A stretch of DNA of 25,986 nt from Polyangiales bacterium (GCA_045106895.1 JBGCFM010000186.1:1-25986); one strand, 5' to 3'; shown: positions 8,983 to 18,172, counted from the first letter of the stretch. Program-made: numbers and translations. The notes: generated by a model from the letters alone, not told the origin.

Positions 8983-10155
8983 CTAGAGGAACTTACGGAG
9001 CCAGAAAAAGACGCGCTCGAGAAGACGTTCGCTCAAAGGTCGCGAGCCGAAGTGTTCTAGGTCGATCTCCATGGATTGGCCAAGGTCGGCGCGGAATCGT
9101 GTCTCGAGCGCTCCGGCGACCTGCGCGTCTTCGACGGCGAGGGTGACCTCTAGGTTCGAACGCCAGGAGAGGTAGTCCAAGTTGTACGTCCCGACGGTGC
9201 ACCACTCTCCGTCGACGACGGCGGTCTTCGAATGCAGCACTTGGGGCAGCCACTCGTGGACGTGAACGCCTCGTTTCATCAGCCAGCCGTACTGACTTCG
9301 GCTCGCGTAGTACACCGCTTTGACGTCGCTGATGCCCGGAACGAGCACGCGGACTTCAACGCCACGTGACGCCGCCTTCGCCAGCGCCATGCGAATCGTT
9401 CGGTCCGGCACGAAGTAGCTGTTCGTAATGAGCACGCTCTTCTTCGCCGCGTAGATCCGCTTCATGTAAGCGCGCCGGATCGCGCGCTGCGTGCCGTAGT
9501 AGTGGTTTGCAAGAACACGCACGGAGTCATCGTCGTCGTTGCGAAGCTTGAGGCGCCCTTCCCGCAAGCTGCCACTCTCTTCGCTTCGCCAAGCGTGGAG
9601 GAAAATTTCCCGCATCACCATCGCGGCGGGGCCAAGGACGCGAACCATGTCGTCGCGCCAGCCCTTGCCGCCTTCGGAGACCGGGAGCCATGGGTCGCCA
9701 ATATTGACTCCGCCGGTCAGACCGATTTCACCGTCGACGATAAGCATCTTGCGGTGGTTTCGTCGCGTGAGACGCTCAGCGCGAAAACGCTGCCGCCATG
9801 GAGCGATGGGATTGAACTGGAGGACGCGGACGCCTCCGGCACGCATCGCGTCGAACATGGTCTCGCTCGCTTCGAGGCTACCGATGGCATCGTAGAGGAC
9901 GCGCACCTCAAGACCTTCGCCAGCACGCTCCATAAGCGCCTTCGCGATGCGCCAGCCGATGGTGTCCGAAGCGAACCAGTACATCTCCAGGAGGATCTCG
10001 GTCTTCGCCGCACGAATCGCGTCGAACATCGCGCCGAAGCACTCGGCGCCGTCGTGAAGTAAGCTGACCTGGTGAGACCCCACCGTCATCGACGCTGTCG
10101 ACGTCGGCTCCGGCGCGGCGTTTTCCCGCGCTAGGTTGAGTTCAGGGCGACGCAC
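8983..10155 (-). CDS. clsB: Cardiolipin synthase B / phospholipase D family
   Basis: Two HKD motifs (RNHRKMLIVDG, LHSKTAVVDG), GGVNIGD, WRD, YFVPD, and no N-terminal TM helices. Start GTG 10155 inferred from an upstream TATGTT-N6. Confidence 0.88.
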   Translation of the reverse strand: MRRPELNLARENAAPEPTSTASMTVGSHQVSLLHDGAECFGAMFDAIRAAKTEILLEMYWFASDTIGWRIAKALMERAGEGLEVRVLYDAIGSLEASETMFDAMRAGGVRVLQFNPIAPWRQRFRAERLTRRNHRKMLIVDGEIGLTGGVNIGDPWLPVSEGGKGWRDDMVRVLGPAAMVMREIFLHAWRSEESGSLREGRLKLRNDDDDSVRVLANHYYGTQRAIRRAYMKRIYAAKKSVLITNSYFVPDRTIRMALAKAASRGVEVRVLVPGISDVKAVYYASRSQYGWLMKRGVHVHEWLPQVLHSKTAVVDGEWCTVGTYNLDYLSWRSNLEVTLAVEDAQVAGALETRFRADLGQSMEIDLEHFGSRPLSERLLERVFFWLRKFL

Positions 10156-10224
10156 CACGCGAACATAGCCTTTTTGCCCGCCCACTGGTTCGCCAACCCG
10201 GGGCGAACGCGATATCATCGCGAC

Positions 10225-10446
10225 GTGAGCAAATGTCCGACCTGTCAGTCCGCCACGCTAAAGCCGCCGCCTCAAACGCCGGCGTCTGAACGCACTTGGC
10301 CTTTCTGTTCCGCTCGATGCCGAGGCGCAGACCTCGGCGCGTGGCTAGGCGCCTCTTATTTCATTCCGGACCCGCCGGCGGAGCATGCCTTCGAAACGGA
10401 TCTCCAAGACGTTGCTCCCGCAGGAAGTGCGAAACCATCATGGTGA
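10225..10446 (+). CDS. yacG: DNA gyrase inhibitor YacG
   Basis: CPTC...WPFCSARCRGADLGAWLGASYFIP zinc-binding signature; GTG at 10225. Confidence 0.9.
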   Translation: MSKCPTCQSATLKPPPQTPASERTWPFCSARCRGADLGAWLGASYFIPDPPAEHAFETDLQDVAPAGSAKPSW

Positions 10447-11195
10447 GACGTCTACTCCTGCTGTGTTGCGCTCTCGCATTCAGCGCCACGACGATGGCTC
10501 AAGACTCATCCAGCGCGACTGAACCTGCACCAAGTTCAGAGTCCGCGCCCCAGCCTAATGCGGCTCCACCAACGCCGCCCCCCACACAGACTCCGCCGCC
10601 GAACACCAGCGATGTGGACGAACCCTTCGACGCTGAAGAAGAAGAGGACGAGGATAGCTGGGGCGTGATGTACCTCCGCTTTCAAGGCGGCTTCTCCTAC
10701 GCCAACCTCTTGAGCTTCAACCAGGACAACTTCATCCCAGAAGCCGAGGAGTCGAGTGGCCTCGGCCCCTTCGGCGGCCTCTCCGTGGGCTTCCGCGTGT
10801 ACTGGTTTTCAATGGGCGTCAGCGGCAGCTTTGGTCGCCAAGGCGGATTCGACCTCGGTACCGTCGGCGCCGAGCTCGCGTTTCACATCCCGATTCCCAA
10901 AGTGCAGCCCTACATTCGACTCGCAGCAGGATACGCCTGGGTTGGCCGCTACGACTTTCAGAGTCGCGAGCTCGCCGAGACCGACATCTACGGACTGACC
11001 GTGGAAGCCGGCGCTGGCATCGACATCAAACTCGCGCGACACCTCTCCATCGGAGCCGGCTTCGACGCCGCCTTTCTCAACCTCACGCGCCAAGAGCTTG
11101 GGAGTGTGAACATCACCGGCGTTGACCTCGAGGAGAGCGGCGACGCGCTGGGCTTTCAGCTACGTGCCCACGCTCATCTGACGATTCACATCTAG
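10440..11195 (+). CDS. Outer-membrane beta-barrel protein (OmpA/OmpW-like small barrel)
   Basis: Signal peptide MVRRLLLLCCALAFSATTMAQ, Pro-rich/acidic linker, amphipathic strands (VQPYIRLAAGYAW, GLTVEAGAGIDIKL, LSIGAGF). Start overlaps the yacG stop. Confidence 0.8.
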   Translation: MVRRLLLLCCALAFSATTMAQDSSSATEPAPSSESAPQPNAAPPTPPPTQTPPPNTSDVDEPFDAEEEEDEDSWGVMYLRFQGGFSYANLLSFNQDNFIPEAEESSGLGPFGGLSVGFRVYWFSMGVSGSFGRQGGFDLGTVGAELAFHIPIPKVQPYIRLAAGYAWVGRYDFQSRELAETDIYGLTVEAGAGIDIKLARHLSIGAGFDAAFLNLTRQELGSVNITGVDLEESGDALGFQLRAHAHLTIHI

Positions 11196-11202
11196 AGCCC
11201 AT

Positions 11203-12558
11203 CTAGCGCGCGAGAACTCGAGCCGCCGCGGCTTCGCCGGAGGCGATACTGTCGGGAATACCGACGCCGCGGTAGGCATTGCCAGCGAGCTCGAGGCCGT
11301 CGTGGACGCTGATGAGATCATCGAGTGCATCCATGCGCCCAGTGTGACCGACAAAGTAACGCGGCATCATCTCCACCCAACGGTCCACTCGAGTCAGCTG
11401 TGGCATAGCCTCGATGCCCATCAATGATTTGAAGTCGTCTCGCGCCGCTTGAACCAGGCGCGCGTCGTCCCAGGTCGGGACTTCTGGCAGGTGGTATCCA
11501 CCCATGAACGCGCGCAAAAGAACCTTGCCCTCGGGAGCTCGGCCCGGCCATTTGACGCTCGACCACGTCGACGCCATCAGCGTAAGCCCTTCGATGGCGG
11601 GAACAACAAAGCCCGCGGCATCGAGGGCGTGGGGGACTTCCTCGCGCTCGAAAGCGAAGGTGACAATGGCGCCAGAGCCAAAGGGAATCGACTCGAGGCT
11701 GGCGCGCGCCTCGCCGCACTCCACGGGGAGCACGCGTGCTGCCTTGTGCGCCGTCGTCGCGACGATCACGGCGTCGAAGGCCTCGCCATTCACCTGAAAG
11801 CCCGCCCCTGACTTTTCGATGGACGCGGCGGGCGTGTTCAATCGAATGCACCCCTCAAGGGAAGCGGCGAGGGTCTCGGGCAGCAAACCAATGCCAGCAT
11901 CAAAGGAGATGAACAGACCATAGCGGGCGCCGGCGGCTTGGGCTGCGCCGGCCTTCGCGCGACGGGCGAGCCCTTCGATGAGGCTCCCCTCCAGCTCCAT
12001 GTCGAGAAAGCGTGGGAGCGTCGCGCGGAGGCTGAGGTGCTCAGGATCGGTGCCATAGATTCCGCCAGCCATCGGCTGCGCAATACGAGCGAGCACCTCG
12101 TCGCCAAAACGACGCCGGACAAACGAACCCAGGGACTCGTCGTCGAGGGTGGTGCGGCAGGCGACATCCGGTTCTTTCCGAACGCGCGCCATGCCCTCCT
12201 CCGAGAGGATCCCGCTGGCTTCGAGGCTCTCCAAGTTGGAGGGCGCCAAGAGCTGAAAGCCAGCCGGCATTCGCACCAGCTCGCCACGGCACACCACATA
12301 CGCACCACGTGCATCGGTGTTGGTCCGCACGATTCGCGTGCTGAGGCCAAGTTCTTCCGCGAGTCGTGCGGCAGCCGGCTTCGTCGTGATGATGGAGTCC
12401 GGTCCGCGCTCGATGACGTAGCCCCCGGTGCGCTCCGTTCGAAGCATGCCGCCGGCTCGATCGCTTGCTTCGAACACGCAGGGGGTCGCGCCTGCCTCTC
12501 GCAGCCGATAGGCCGCGCTCATGCCTGAAACCCCGCCGCCGATGACGGCGACCTTCAT
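11203..12558 (-). CDS. hemG: HemY-type FAD-dependent (proto/copro)porphyrinogen oxidase
   Basis: VAVIGGGVSGMSAAY dinucleotide fold, IERGPDS, GGIYG, AGNAYRGVGIPDSI; overlaps the hemE stop. Confidence 0.93.
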   Translation of the reverse strand: MKVAVIGGGVSGMSAAYRLREAGATPCVFEASDRAGGMLRTERTGGYVIERGPDSIITTKPAAARLAEELGLSTRIVRTNTDARGAYVVCRGELVRMPAGFQLLAPSNLESLEASGILSEEGMARVRKEPDVACRTTLDDESLGSFVRRRFGDEVLARIAQPMAGGIYGTDPEHLSLRATLPRFLDMELEGSLIEGLARRAKAGAAQAAGARYGLFISFDAGIGLLPETLAASLEGCIRLNTPAASIEKSGAGFQVNGEAFDAVIVATTAHKAARVLPVECGEARASLESIPFGSGAIVTFAFEREEVPHALDAAGFVVPAIEGLTLMASTWSSVKWPGRAPEGKVLLRAFMGGYHLPEVPTWDDARLVQAARDDFKSLMGIEAMPQLTRVDRWVEMMPRYFVGHTGRMDALDDLISVHDGLELAGNAYRGVGIPDSIASGEAAAARVLAR

Positions 12559-13580
12559 CGCGCGCTGACCTCGTGAACGTGGTCGACGAGGGCGCGAACG
12601 TGGTCGACGGTGGTCGAGGGCATGATGCCGTGGCCCAAGTTGAAGATATGTCCCGGGCGGCCACCGGCGCGCTCGAGCACCTTCGTGGCCTGCTCTTTCA
12701 TCACAGATTCAGGTGCGAGGAGCATGGCGGGCTCGAGGTTGCCCATGATTCGTGTCTTGTCTGGACCGCCGAGGATGTCCCACTGCTCCGAGAGGTCGAC
12801 GCGCCAGTCGACGCCCATGATGTCGCCACCGGCTTCCTGCATGAGCGGGTAGAGCGCCGGGTTTCCGGTGCCGAAGTGACACGTTGGGACGCGGCCCTTC
12901 ACAGCATCGAAGACGCTCTTCGTGTGAGGGAAAACGTATCGCTTGTAGTCCGCCGGCGAGAGACAACCAATCCAGCTGTCGAAGAGTTGAACGACCTGAG
13001 CGCCGGCGTCGATCTGTGCGTTGAGGTACTCGCCGAGTGCCTTGGAGATCTTTGCCATGAGCACGTTCCACGCGCCCTCGTCGCCGTACATAAGCTTCTT
13101 GGCTTCGTAGTAGTTCTTCGAGCCCGCGCCTTCGATGGCGTACGAGGCGAGCGTGAACGGCGCGCCGGCGAACCCAATGAGCGGCACGTCCAGCGCGCTG
13201 CGCGCGAGCTTGATGGCCTCCATGACGTAGCTGAGGCTCTCGCCCGGTTTCGTCTCCGCGCTGAGCGCGTCGATTTGAGCGGACGTGCGAATCGGCGTGT
13301 AGATGCGTGGCCCATGTCCTTTTTCGAACCCAAAAGGGATGCCCAGAGGTTCGAGGATCAGCAGGATGTCTGCGAAGATGATCGCGGCATCGACGCCGAG
13401 CTGATCGACGGCATCCACGGTGACCTGACAAGCGAGGTCTGGCCGACGACAGAGTTCAAGGAACTCAACCTTGGAGCGAATCGCCTGGTAACTCGCCTGG
13501 TAACGGCCCGCCTGGCGCATCAGCCAAATCGGTGTGTGGGAGGTGGGCTTGCCTTGGCAGGCATCGAGGAAAACGCTCAT
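12555..13580 (-). CDS. hemE: Uroporphyrinogen decarboxylase
   Basis: PIWLMRQAGRY, DAAIIFADIL, IGFAGAPFTLASY, QLFDSW, HIFNLGHGI motifs. Confidence 0.97.
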   Translation of the reverse strand: MSVFLDACQGKPTSHTPIWLMRQAGRYQASYQAIRSKVEFLELCRRPDLACQVTVDAVDQLGVDAAIIFADILLILEPLGIPFGFEKGHGPRIYTPIRTSAQIDALSAETKPGESLSYVMEAIKLARSALDVPLIGFAGAPFTLASYAIEGAGSKNYYEAKKLMYGDEGAWNVLMAKISKALGEYLNAQIDAGAQVVQLFDSWIGCLSPADYKRYVFPHTKSVFDAVKGRVPTCHFGTGNPALYPLMQEAGGDIMGVDWRVDLSEQWDILGGPDKTRIMGNLEPAMLLAPESVMKEQATKVLERAGGRPGHIFNLGHGIMPSTTVDHVRALVDHVHEVSAR

Positions 13581-13668
13581 AGCGGGACGCTAGCAGGGTT
13601 TCGCCTTCAGGGGAGTCGTCCGTGGGATGAAGGCTCATCGGTGGAGGCGATCCGTGAGGGTTGTGACA

Positions 13669-14214
13669 CTATCGCTCTTCGAACACTCCGTCGACGACGA
13701 CAAACCAACGCCCTTCATCGTCAACGAGTACGGCGTCGCCTTTCTGCGCAAGATACCTGGCTAGCTCGTAAGCCAAAACGACTCCGAAGTCGCGAAGCTG
13801 AGACGCTTGGAGTTCGATCCCCACGATCTCGCAACAGGCAGAGAGCATCTGGTTCGCAACTTCTGAGGGCTGACGATGACGACACTCTTGCAGCTCCTCA
13901 TCCAGTCGTCCGGGTTCGTTCCAGTGGTGTAAGATAACCGGCTTCGTTGCTCCGTAGTGGAGCCGAAGTCCGCCGGCAACCGTGCTTCTAGATAGTCCTT
14001 CAGTCTGAACATCCGACTCGCACAGGCGAAGCCCGCTAAGAGCCGCGCTGACGGCGTCATCGTCGTCGTTCACCCCTTCGTACTGTTCGGCTAGCGTGAA
14101 ATAGTCGACCCCAGCTCGGGCGTTTTCGTCGCCCGCGCGGATACCTGAAAGCACTGCAGCGCTCGAGAGACCTCCGACTGGTACTCTGCAGTACACGGTG
14201 ATCCATGAGCTCAT
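13669..14214 (-). CDS. Hypothetical protein (~181 aa)
   Basis: Globular-looking ORF MSSWITVYCRVP...LARYLAQKGDAVLVDDEGRWF filling the folC-hemE gap; no recognised family. Confidence 0.7.
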   Translation of the reverse strand: MSSWITVYCRVPVGGLSSAAVLSGIRAGDENARAGVDYFTLAEQYEGVNDDDDAVSAALSGLRLCESDVQTEGLSRSTVAGGLRLHYGATKPVILHHWNEPGRLDEELQECRHRQPSEVANQMLSACCEIVGIELQASQLRDFGVVLAYELARYLAQKGDAVLVDDEGRWFVVVDGVFEER

Positions 14215-14341
14215 ACGATGACGCTTACACACAACGTATTCAGCGACAACCAATGTGGCGCGTCCGACGAGTTGCTGTGGGGCAAGGACACCGCGCTGGA
14301 GCGGAAGGGCTTCTCACGCGCCGTCCCGAGTGGTCGGCAGA

Positions 14342-15631
14342 TTAGAGCGCGATCGGGGGATCGCTTCGGATTCCGAGGACGCGCGAGCGAATAGCGCTCA
14401 CGAGGAAAATTGAACCGGCGACGACGACTCGCAACCCGCGTCGCTTGGCCATGGACAGGGCAGAGTCGACGTTTTTGGCGATGGTCCCAGTTCGTAGTCG
14501 GCGAAAATCAGCGAGGTCCGCCGCCCGCCGCATCGCAGGAAGACTATAGATACGAGCGTCGACGAGCCCATCGAAGGGGGCCAGCATGGCTTCGTGGTCT
14601 TTGTCCGCGAGGGCGCCGAACAGGAGCACCGTGTTCTTGGCAGGTAAGGTCTCAAGATGCGCCGCGAGGGCGCGGCAGCCGTCGGGGTTGTGCGCCGCGT
14701 CGAAGATATACTCGACGCCGTCGACGAGCTGACGCTCCAGACGCCCGGGCCACTTCGCCTTCGTGAGCGCTGTTTCCACAGCCGTCCGCGGGATGCGAAA
14801 GCCGCAGGCGCGTAAGCGGTGGAGCGCGGCGGCTGCCACGCTCGCGTTGTGAACTTGGTATTGGCCAGCGAGGGAGAGTCGAAGCGCGTAGCGCGTTCGG
14901 CCGACTCGGATCTCTGTGCGCCCTCGGGCGAGCGGCGTGCCGCGAAACTCCCGATCGATGCACCATGGGTCCATGTCACGGCGCTTCGCCATCTTCTGAA
15001 GAACGGACCCGGCTCGTTGCTCTGCGCCTCCGCCGACGTCGTCTTCCGCACCGATCACCGCCAGCGATCCGCGCCGAAAGATGCCACCTTTCTCTTTCGC
15101 GATGAGCGACTTGGTGTCTCCAAGGATCGCTGTGTGTTCCAGCGCAATGTTCGTCACGACGCACAGCTCGGACCGCTCGATGGTATTCGTCGCGTCGAGT
15201 CGGCCGCCAAGTCCCACCTCGAGGATGACAACATCGCATTCGTGATCGCGAAACGCCTCGAAGGCCAAGAGGACCGAGTACTCGAAGAACGTGAGGCCAA
15301 GGTCTGACTCGCGAAACTCCGCGAGACGACGTGCGACTTCCGCATCGCCGAGGGGACGACCGTTCACGCGAAAGCGCTCCGCATAGCGATGGAGATGCGG
15401 CGAGGAAAACCAGCCCGTCTTGTAACCAGCCGCGCGAAGACCGCGCTCGATCATCGCGCAGGTGCTGCCTTTTCCGTTGCTCCCGGCGACATGAACGAAG
15501 CGAAGCTGGGCGTCCGGCCGCCCCCGCTTCTTAAGCGCGCGGCGCATGCGGCCAAGGCCAAACTTCATGCCTTCACTGCCGAGGCTGTAGATCCATCCGA
15601 GGGATTCCGCGTACGCGTCGCGGGCGCTCAT
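14342..15631 (-). CDS. folC: Folylpolyglutamate synthase/dihydrofolate synthase
   Basis: VHVAGSNGKGST, FSSPHL, LTFFE, LEVGLGGRLDATN, WPGRLE, DAAHNP, GSIFLV. Confidence 0.96.
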   Translation of the reverse strand: MSARDAYAESLGWIYSLGSEGMKFGLGRMRRALKKRGRPDAQLRFVHVAGSNGKGSTCAMIERGLRAAGYKTGWFSSPHLHRYAERFRVNGRPLGDAEVARRLAEFRESDLGLTFFEYSVLLAFEAFRDHECDVVILEVGLGGRLDATNTIERSELCVVTNIALEHTAILGDTKSLIAKEKGGIFRRGSLAVIGAEDDVGGGAEQRAGSVLQKMAKRRDMDPWCIDREFRGTPLARGRTEIRVGRTRYALRLSLAGQYQVHNASVAAAALHRLRACGFRIPRTAVETALTKAKWPGRLERQLVDGVEYIFDAAHNPDGCRALAAHLETLPAKNTVLLFGALADKDHEAMLAPFDGLVDARIYSLPAMRRAADLADFRRLRTGTIAKNVDSALSMAKRRGLRVVVAGSIFLVSAIRSRVLGIRSDPPIAL

Positions 15632-15650
15632 TCCAGCGTCTCAGCGAACA

Positions 15651-16490
15651 TTAGTCGACGAGGTGGTCGAGAACGCGAGCCAGCGTGGCGCGCATTTCGG
15701 CGCGGGGCGAGATGATGTCCACCATCCCATGTTCCAGAAGGAACTCGGCGCGCTGAAAACCTTCCGGCAAGGTCTGGCGAATGGTCTGTTCGATGACGCG
15801 CTGCCCAGCGAAACCGATGAGAGCTTTGGGCTCCGCGATGTTGACGTCCCCAAGGAACGCAAAGCTCGCAGCGACTCCGCCGGTGGTTGGATCGAGCATG
15901 ACGCTAATGAAGGGCTGACCGGTCTCACGGTGCTTGCCGAGGGCGGAGACGGTCTTTGCCATCTGCATCAAGCTCAGCGCGCCTTCTTGCATTCGCGCGC
16001 CGCCGGAGGAGGTCATGAGGATGACCGGCTCACAGCGCTCCGTCGCGCGTTCAAACATGCGCGTGATCTTCTCGCCGACGACGGAACCCATGGAGCCGCC
16101 CATGAAGCGGAACATGAACATGCCGAGCTGAATCGGCCGCCCTTCGATGGCGCCGGAGCAGGTCATCATCGCGTCTTTGACGCCGGACTTCTTCTGGCTC
16201 GCGACGATGCGGTCTGTGTACTTCTTGCTGTCGACAAACCCGAGGGGGTCACCGCTGACCAGCTCTGCGTCGTGCTCTTCCCATGAACCCGGGTCCATCA
16301 AAAGCTCGAGCCACGCTTCGGCGCTCAGCTTGTAGTGCTTGCCACACTCGGGGCAGACCTCGAAGTTGGCGACAAATTCCTCGGCTTTGAAGGTCTCCCC
16401 GCAGCCATCGCAACGACGAAAAATTCCTCGGCCGAGCGTCCGCTTGTCGGCGGCGTCTACGCTTGCTTTGGTCTTGCTAAAGATCGACAC
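15651..16490 (-). CDS. accD: Acetyl-CoA carboxylase carboxyltransferase beta subunit
   Basis: Zn ribbon CDGC...CPEC, FMGGSMGSVVGEK, SGGARMQEG, PTTGGV, IGFAGQRVIEQT. Confidence 0.97.
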   Translation of the reverse strand: MSIFSKTKASVDAADKRTLGRGIFRRCDGCGETFKAEEFVANFEVCPECGKHYKLSAEAWLELLMDPGSWEEHDAELVSGDPLGFVDSKKYTDRIVASQKKSGVKDAMMTCSGAIEGRPIQLGMFMFRFMGGSMGSVVGEKITRMFERATERCEPVILMTSSGGARMQEGALSLMQMAKTVSALGKHRETGQPFISVMLDPTTGGVAASFAFLGDVNIAEPKALIGFAGQRVIEQTIRQTLPEGFQRAEFLLEHGMVDIISPRAEMRATLARVLDHLVD

Positions 16491-16502
16491 CAGAGCTGCC
16501 TA

Positions 16503-17240
16503 TCACGCTGCGCCCCGAGCGACAATCACGCTCAAATGCCGGCCTGTCTTGCCGTCGCGGCGGTAAGAGAAGAAGCGGCCTGCGTCCGCAAAGGTGTCGT
16601 CGCCCAGATCCTCGAGCCGAACGCCGATGTCGGCGAGCTGAGCTTCCAGAACGCGGAAAAGGTCGACGTGGGGCCGTTCGTAGGCGTGGCTGATGACATT
16701 TTGAGCACTTGAGGCGGCCTCAAGGCGCTCCGCGACGTCCTCTCCCACTTCAAATGAGGCGACTCGAATGTGCGGACCCGCCACGGCGAGGAGCTCGCCG
16801 GGAGGAACGGCCATCTCGCGAGCGGCTTCTGCTGCGATGCCGGCCTCGACGCCTCGCCAGCCCGCGTGAACCGCGGCGACGATCCCTGTGGGCGGATGGG
16901 CGAGGAGCAGGGGAATGCAGTCCGCCGTGCGGACGCCAACGGCCACTCCGGCCTCTCGTGCGATGAGCGCGTCGCCTTCTTCGGCCCGAACTAGCTTCGG
17001 GTCTTCGGCGCGCCGGACCTCTCGCACGGTGGCGCTGTGCACCTGGCTGAGCTCGAAGAGCGCTTCATAGCCAACGTCCGCGGCAAAGATGCGGTGGTTC
17101 TCGGCGACGGATTCTGCGCTGTCCCCAATGGCGCGGCCAAGATTGAGGGAATCAAAGGGGGACTTGCTCACGCCCCCTTGCCGCGTGCTGAAACCATGAA
17201 CGAATCCAAGCTCGCTCAGATGCGCGCTTCGAAGCGTCAC
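16503..17240 (-). CDS. pgeF: PgeF/YfiH family protein (peptidoglycan editing factor, LACC1-like)
   Basis: HGFSTRQGGVS, SLNLG, QVHS, TADCIPLL, AVHAGWRG, FFSYRR. GTG 17240 overlaps the upstream stop (GTGA). Confidence 0.93.
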   Translation of the reverse strand: MTLRSAHLSELGFVHGFSTRQGGVSKSPFDSLNLGRAIGDSAESVAENHRIFAADVGYEALFELSQVHSATVREVRRAEDPKLVRAEEGDALIAREAGVAVGVRTADCIPLLLAHPPTGIVAAVHAGWRGVEAGIAAEAAREMAVPPGELLAVAGPHIRVASFEVGEDVAERLEAASSAQNVISHAYERPHVDLFRVLEAQLADIGVRLEDLGDDTFADAGRFFSYRRDGKTGRHLSVIVARGAA

Positions 17241-17668
17241 GCCGCGACCGACATGACCTTCGTCAGTCGCATCATCAGAGGCATGCTCGCAAACCACCCG
17301 TGCACTTTGATGGTGCCGTCTTTCTGCGCTTCACCGACCTCTTTGGCGACGGGCTTACGAATGTCCGGCAATCCGAAGCGTGGCTCCAATTCGACGAGGG
17401 ACATCTTTGTCACCCATTCCCAAGGAGCCCGCACCGTCACATCTGGAATGCCCGTGATGCCGTCGTAGATCGTGAGCCGCCCGCTCTCAAAGTTCAGCGT
17501 GACGGCACTTCCAATGTCCTCGAGGACGATAGAAACGCGACCGTGCATCTTTACGAAGCTGGACTTCTTTTCCGGGCGTTCGTCGATGTTCTGACGGAGC
17601 AGCGTCGCCAACATCTGCGCGAACCCGTTGTCTTCGGCGCCCGGGGCGAGACCAATGGACGCTTCCAT
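17237..17668 (-). CDS. SCP2-like lipid-binding domain protein (divergent)
   Basis: SCP2-like pattern AVTLNFESGRLTIYDGITGIPDVTVRAP...GTIKVHG; coupled to its neighbours by TGATG and GTGA overlaps. Confidence 0.72.
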   Translation of the reverse strand: MEASIGLAPGAEDNGFAQMLATLLRQNIDERPEKKSSFVKMHGRVSIVLEDIGSAVTLNFESGRLTIYDGITGIPDVTVRAPWEWVTKMSLVELEPRFGLPDIRKPVAKEVGEAQKDGTIKVHGWFASMPLMMRLTKVMSVAA

Positions 17669-18093
17669 CAGGCGATGTACTCCGTCGGCACCGCCGTTGC
17701 GCTCGTGACGAGGGCGCGAGACGAGAGGACAAAGCGAAGCATCGTCGGGAGATGACCCTTCGTCATCTTGAGCTTGCCTTCCATCATCGCCTTGATGGGA
17801 TCGAGTTCACCGTCGATGACTTTCTTCCAGCGCTCGTAGGGAGCAACAATGACGAACGGCGAGCCCATGACGGCGTCCATGCCGTGGACAAGTTCCGCCC
17901 CGCGGCACTCGCCTTCGTGGACGTCGAGGATCATGCCCATGTCGTCTTTGATGCCGATGTCGTCGTTCTTCGAAACGACCATCGCCACGCTGCCGAAGGT
18001 CCAAGCTTTGCCGTGGGTTCGGTAGACTTCGTTGTTGTTGACGGCGTCGGCGAACGCCTGAGTCCACTCAGGAGATGGGAATAGGTGAGCCAT
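17668..18093 (-). CDS. SCP2 sterol/lipid-carrier domain protein
   Basis: FPSPEW...ILDVHEGECRGA...FVIVAPYERWKKVIDGELDPIKAMMEGKLKMTKG, typical of stand-alone SCP2 proteins; ATG 18093. Confidence 0.88.
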   Translation of the reverse strand: MAHLFPSPEWTQAFADAVNNNEVYRTHGKAWTFGSVAMVVSKNDDIGIKDDMGMILDVHEGECRGAELVHGMDAVMGSPFVIVAPYERWKKVIDGELDPIKAMMEGKLKMTKGHLPTMLRFVLSSRALVTSATAVPTEYIA

Positions 18094-18172
18094 AGCGCCG
18101 GACTCTTGTCCGCCCGGCGAAGCCACGCAACCCACCAGAAACCGGGATTTCGGAGGGCTTGAACAACGCCAC

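Noticed and set aside
12573..13937. 454-aa + strand ORF
   Set aside because: Antisense shadow of hemE.
18096..18119. GC hairpin abutting the SCP2 start codon (possible riboswitch or thermometer)
   Set aside because: Short stems are common in GC-rich DNA and no aptamer consensus is recognisable.
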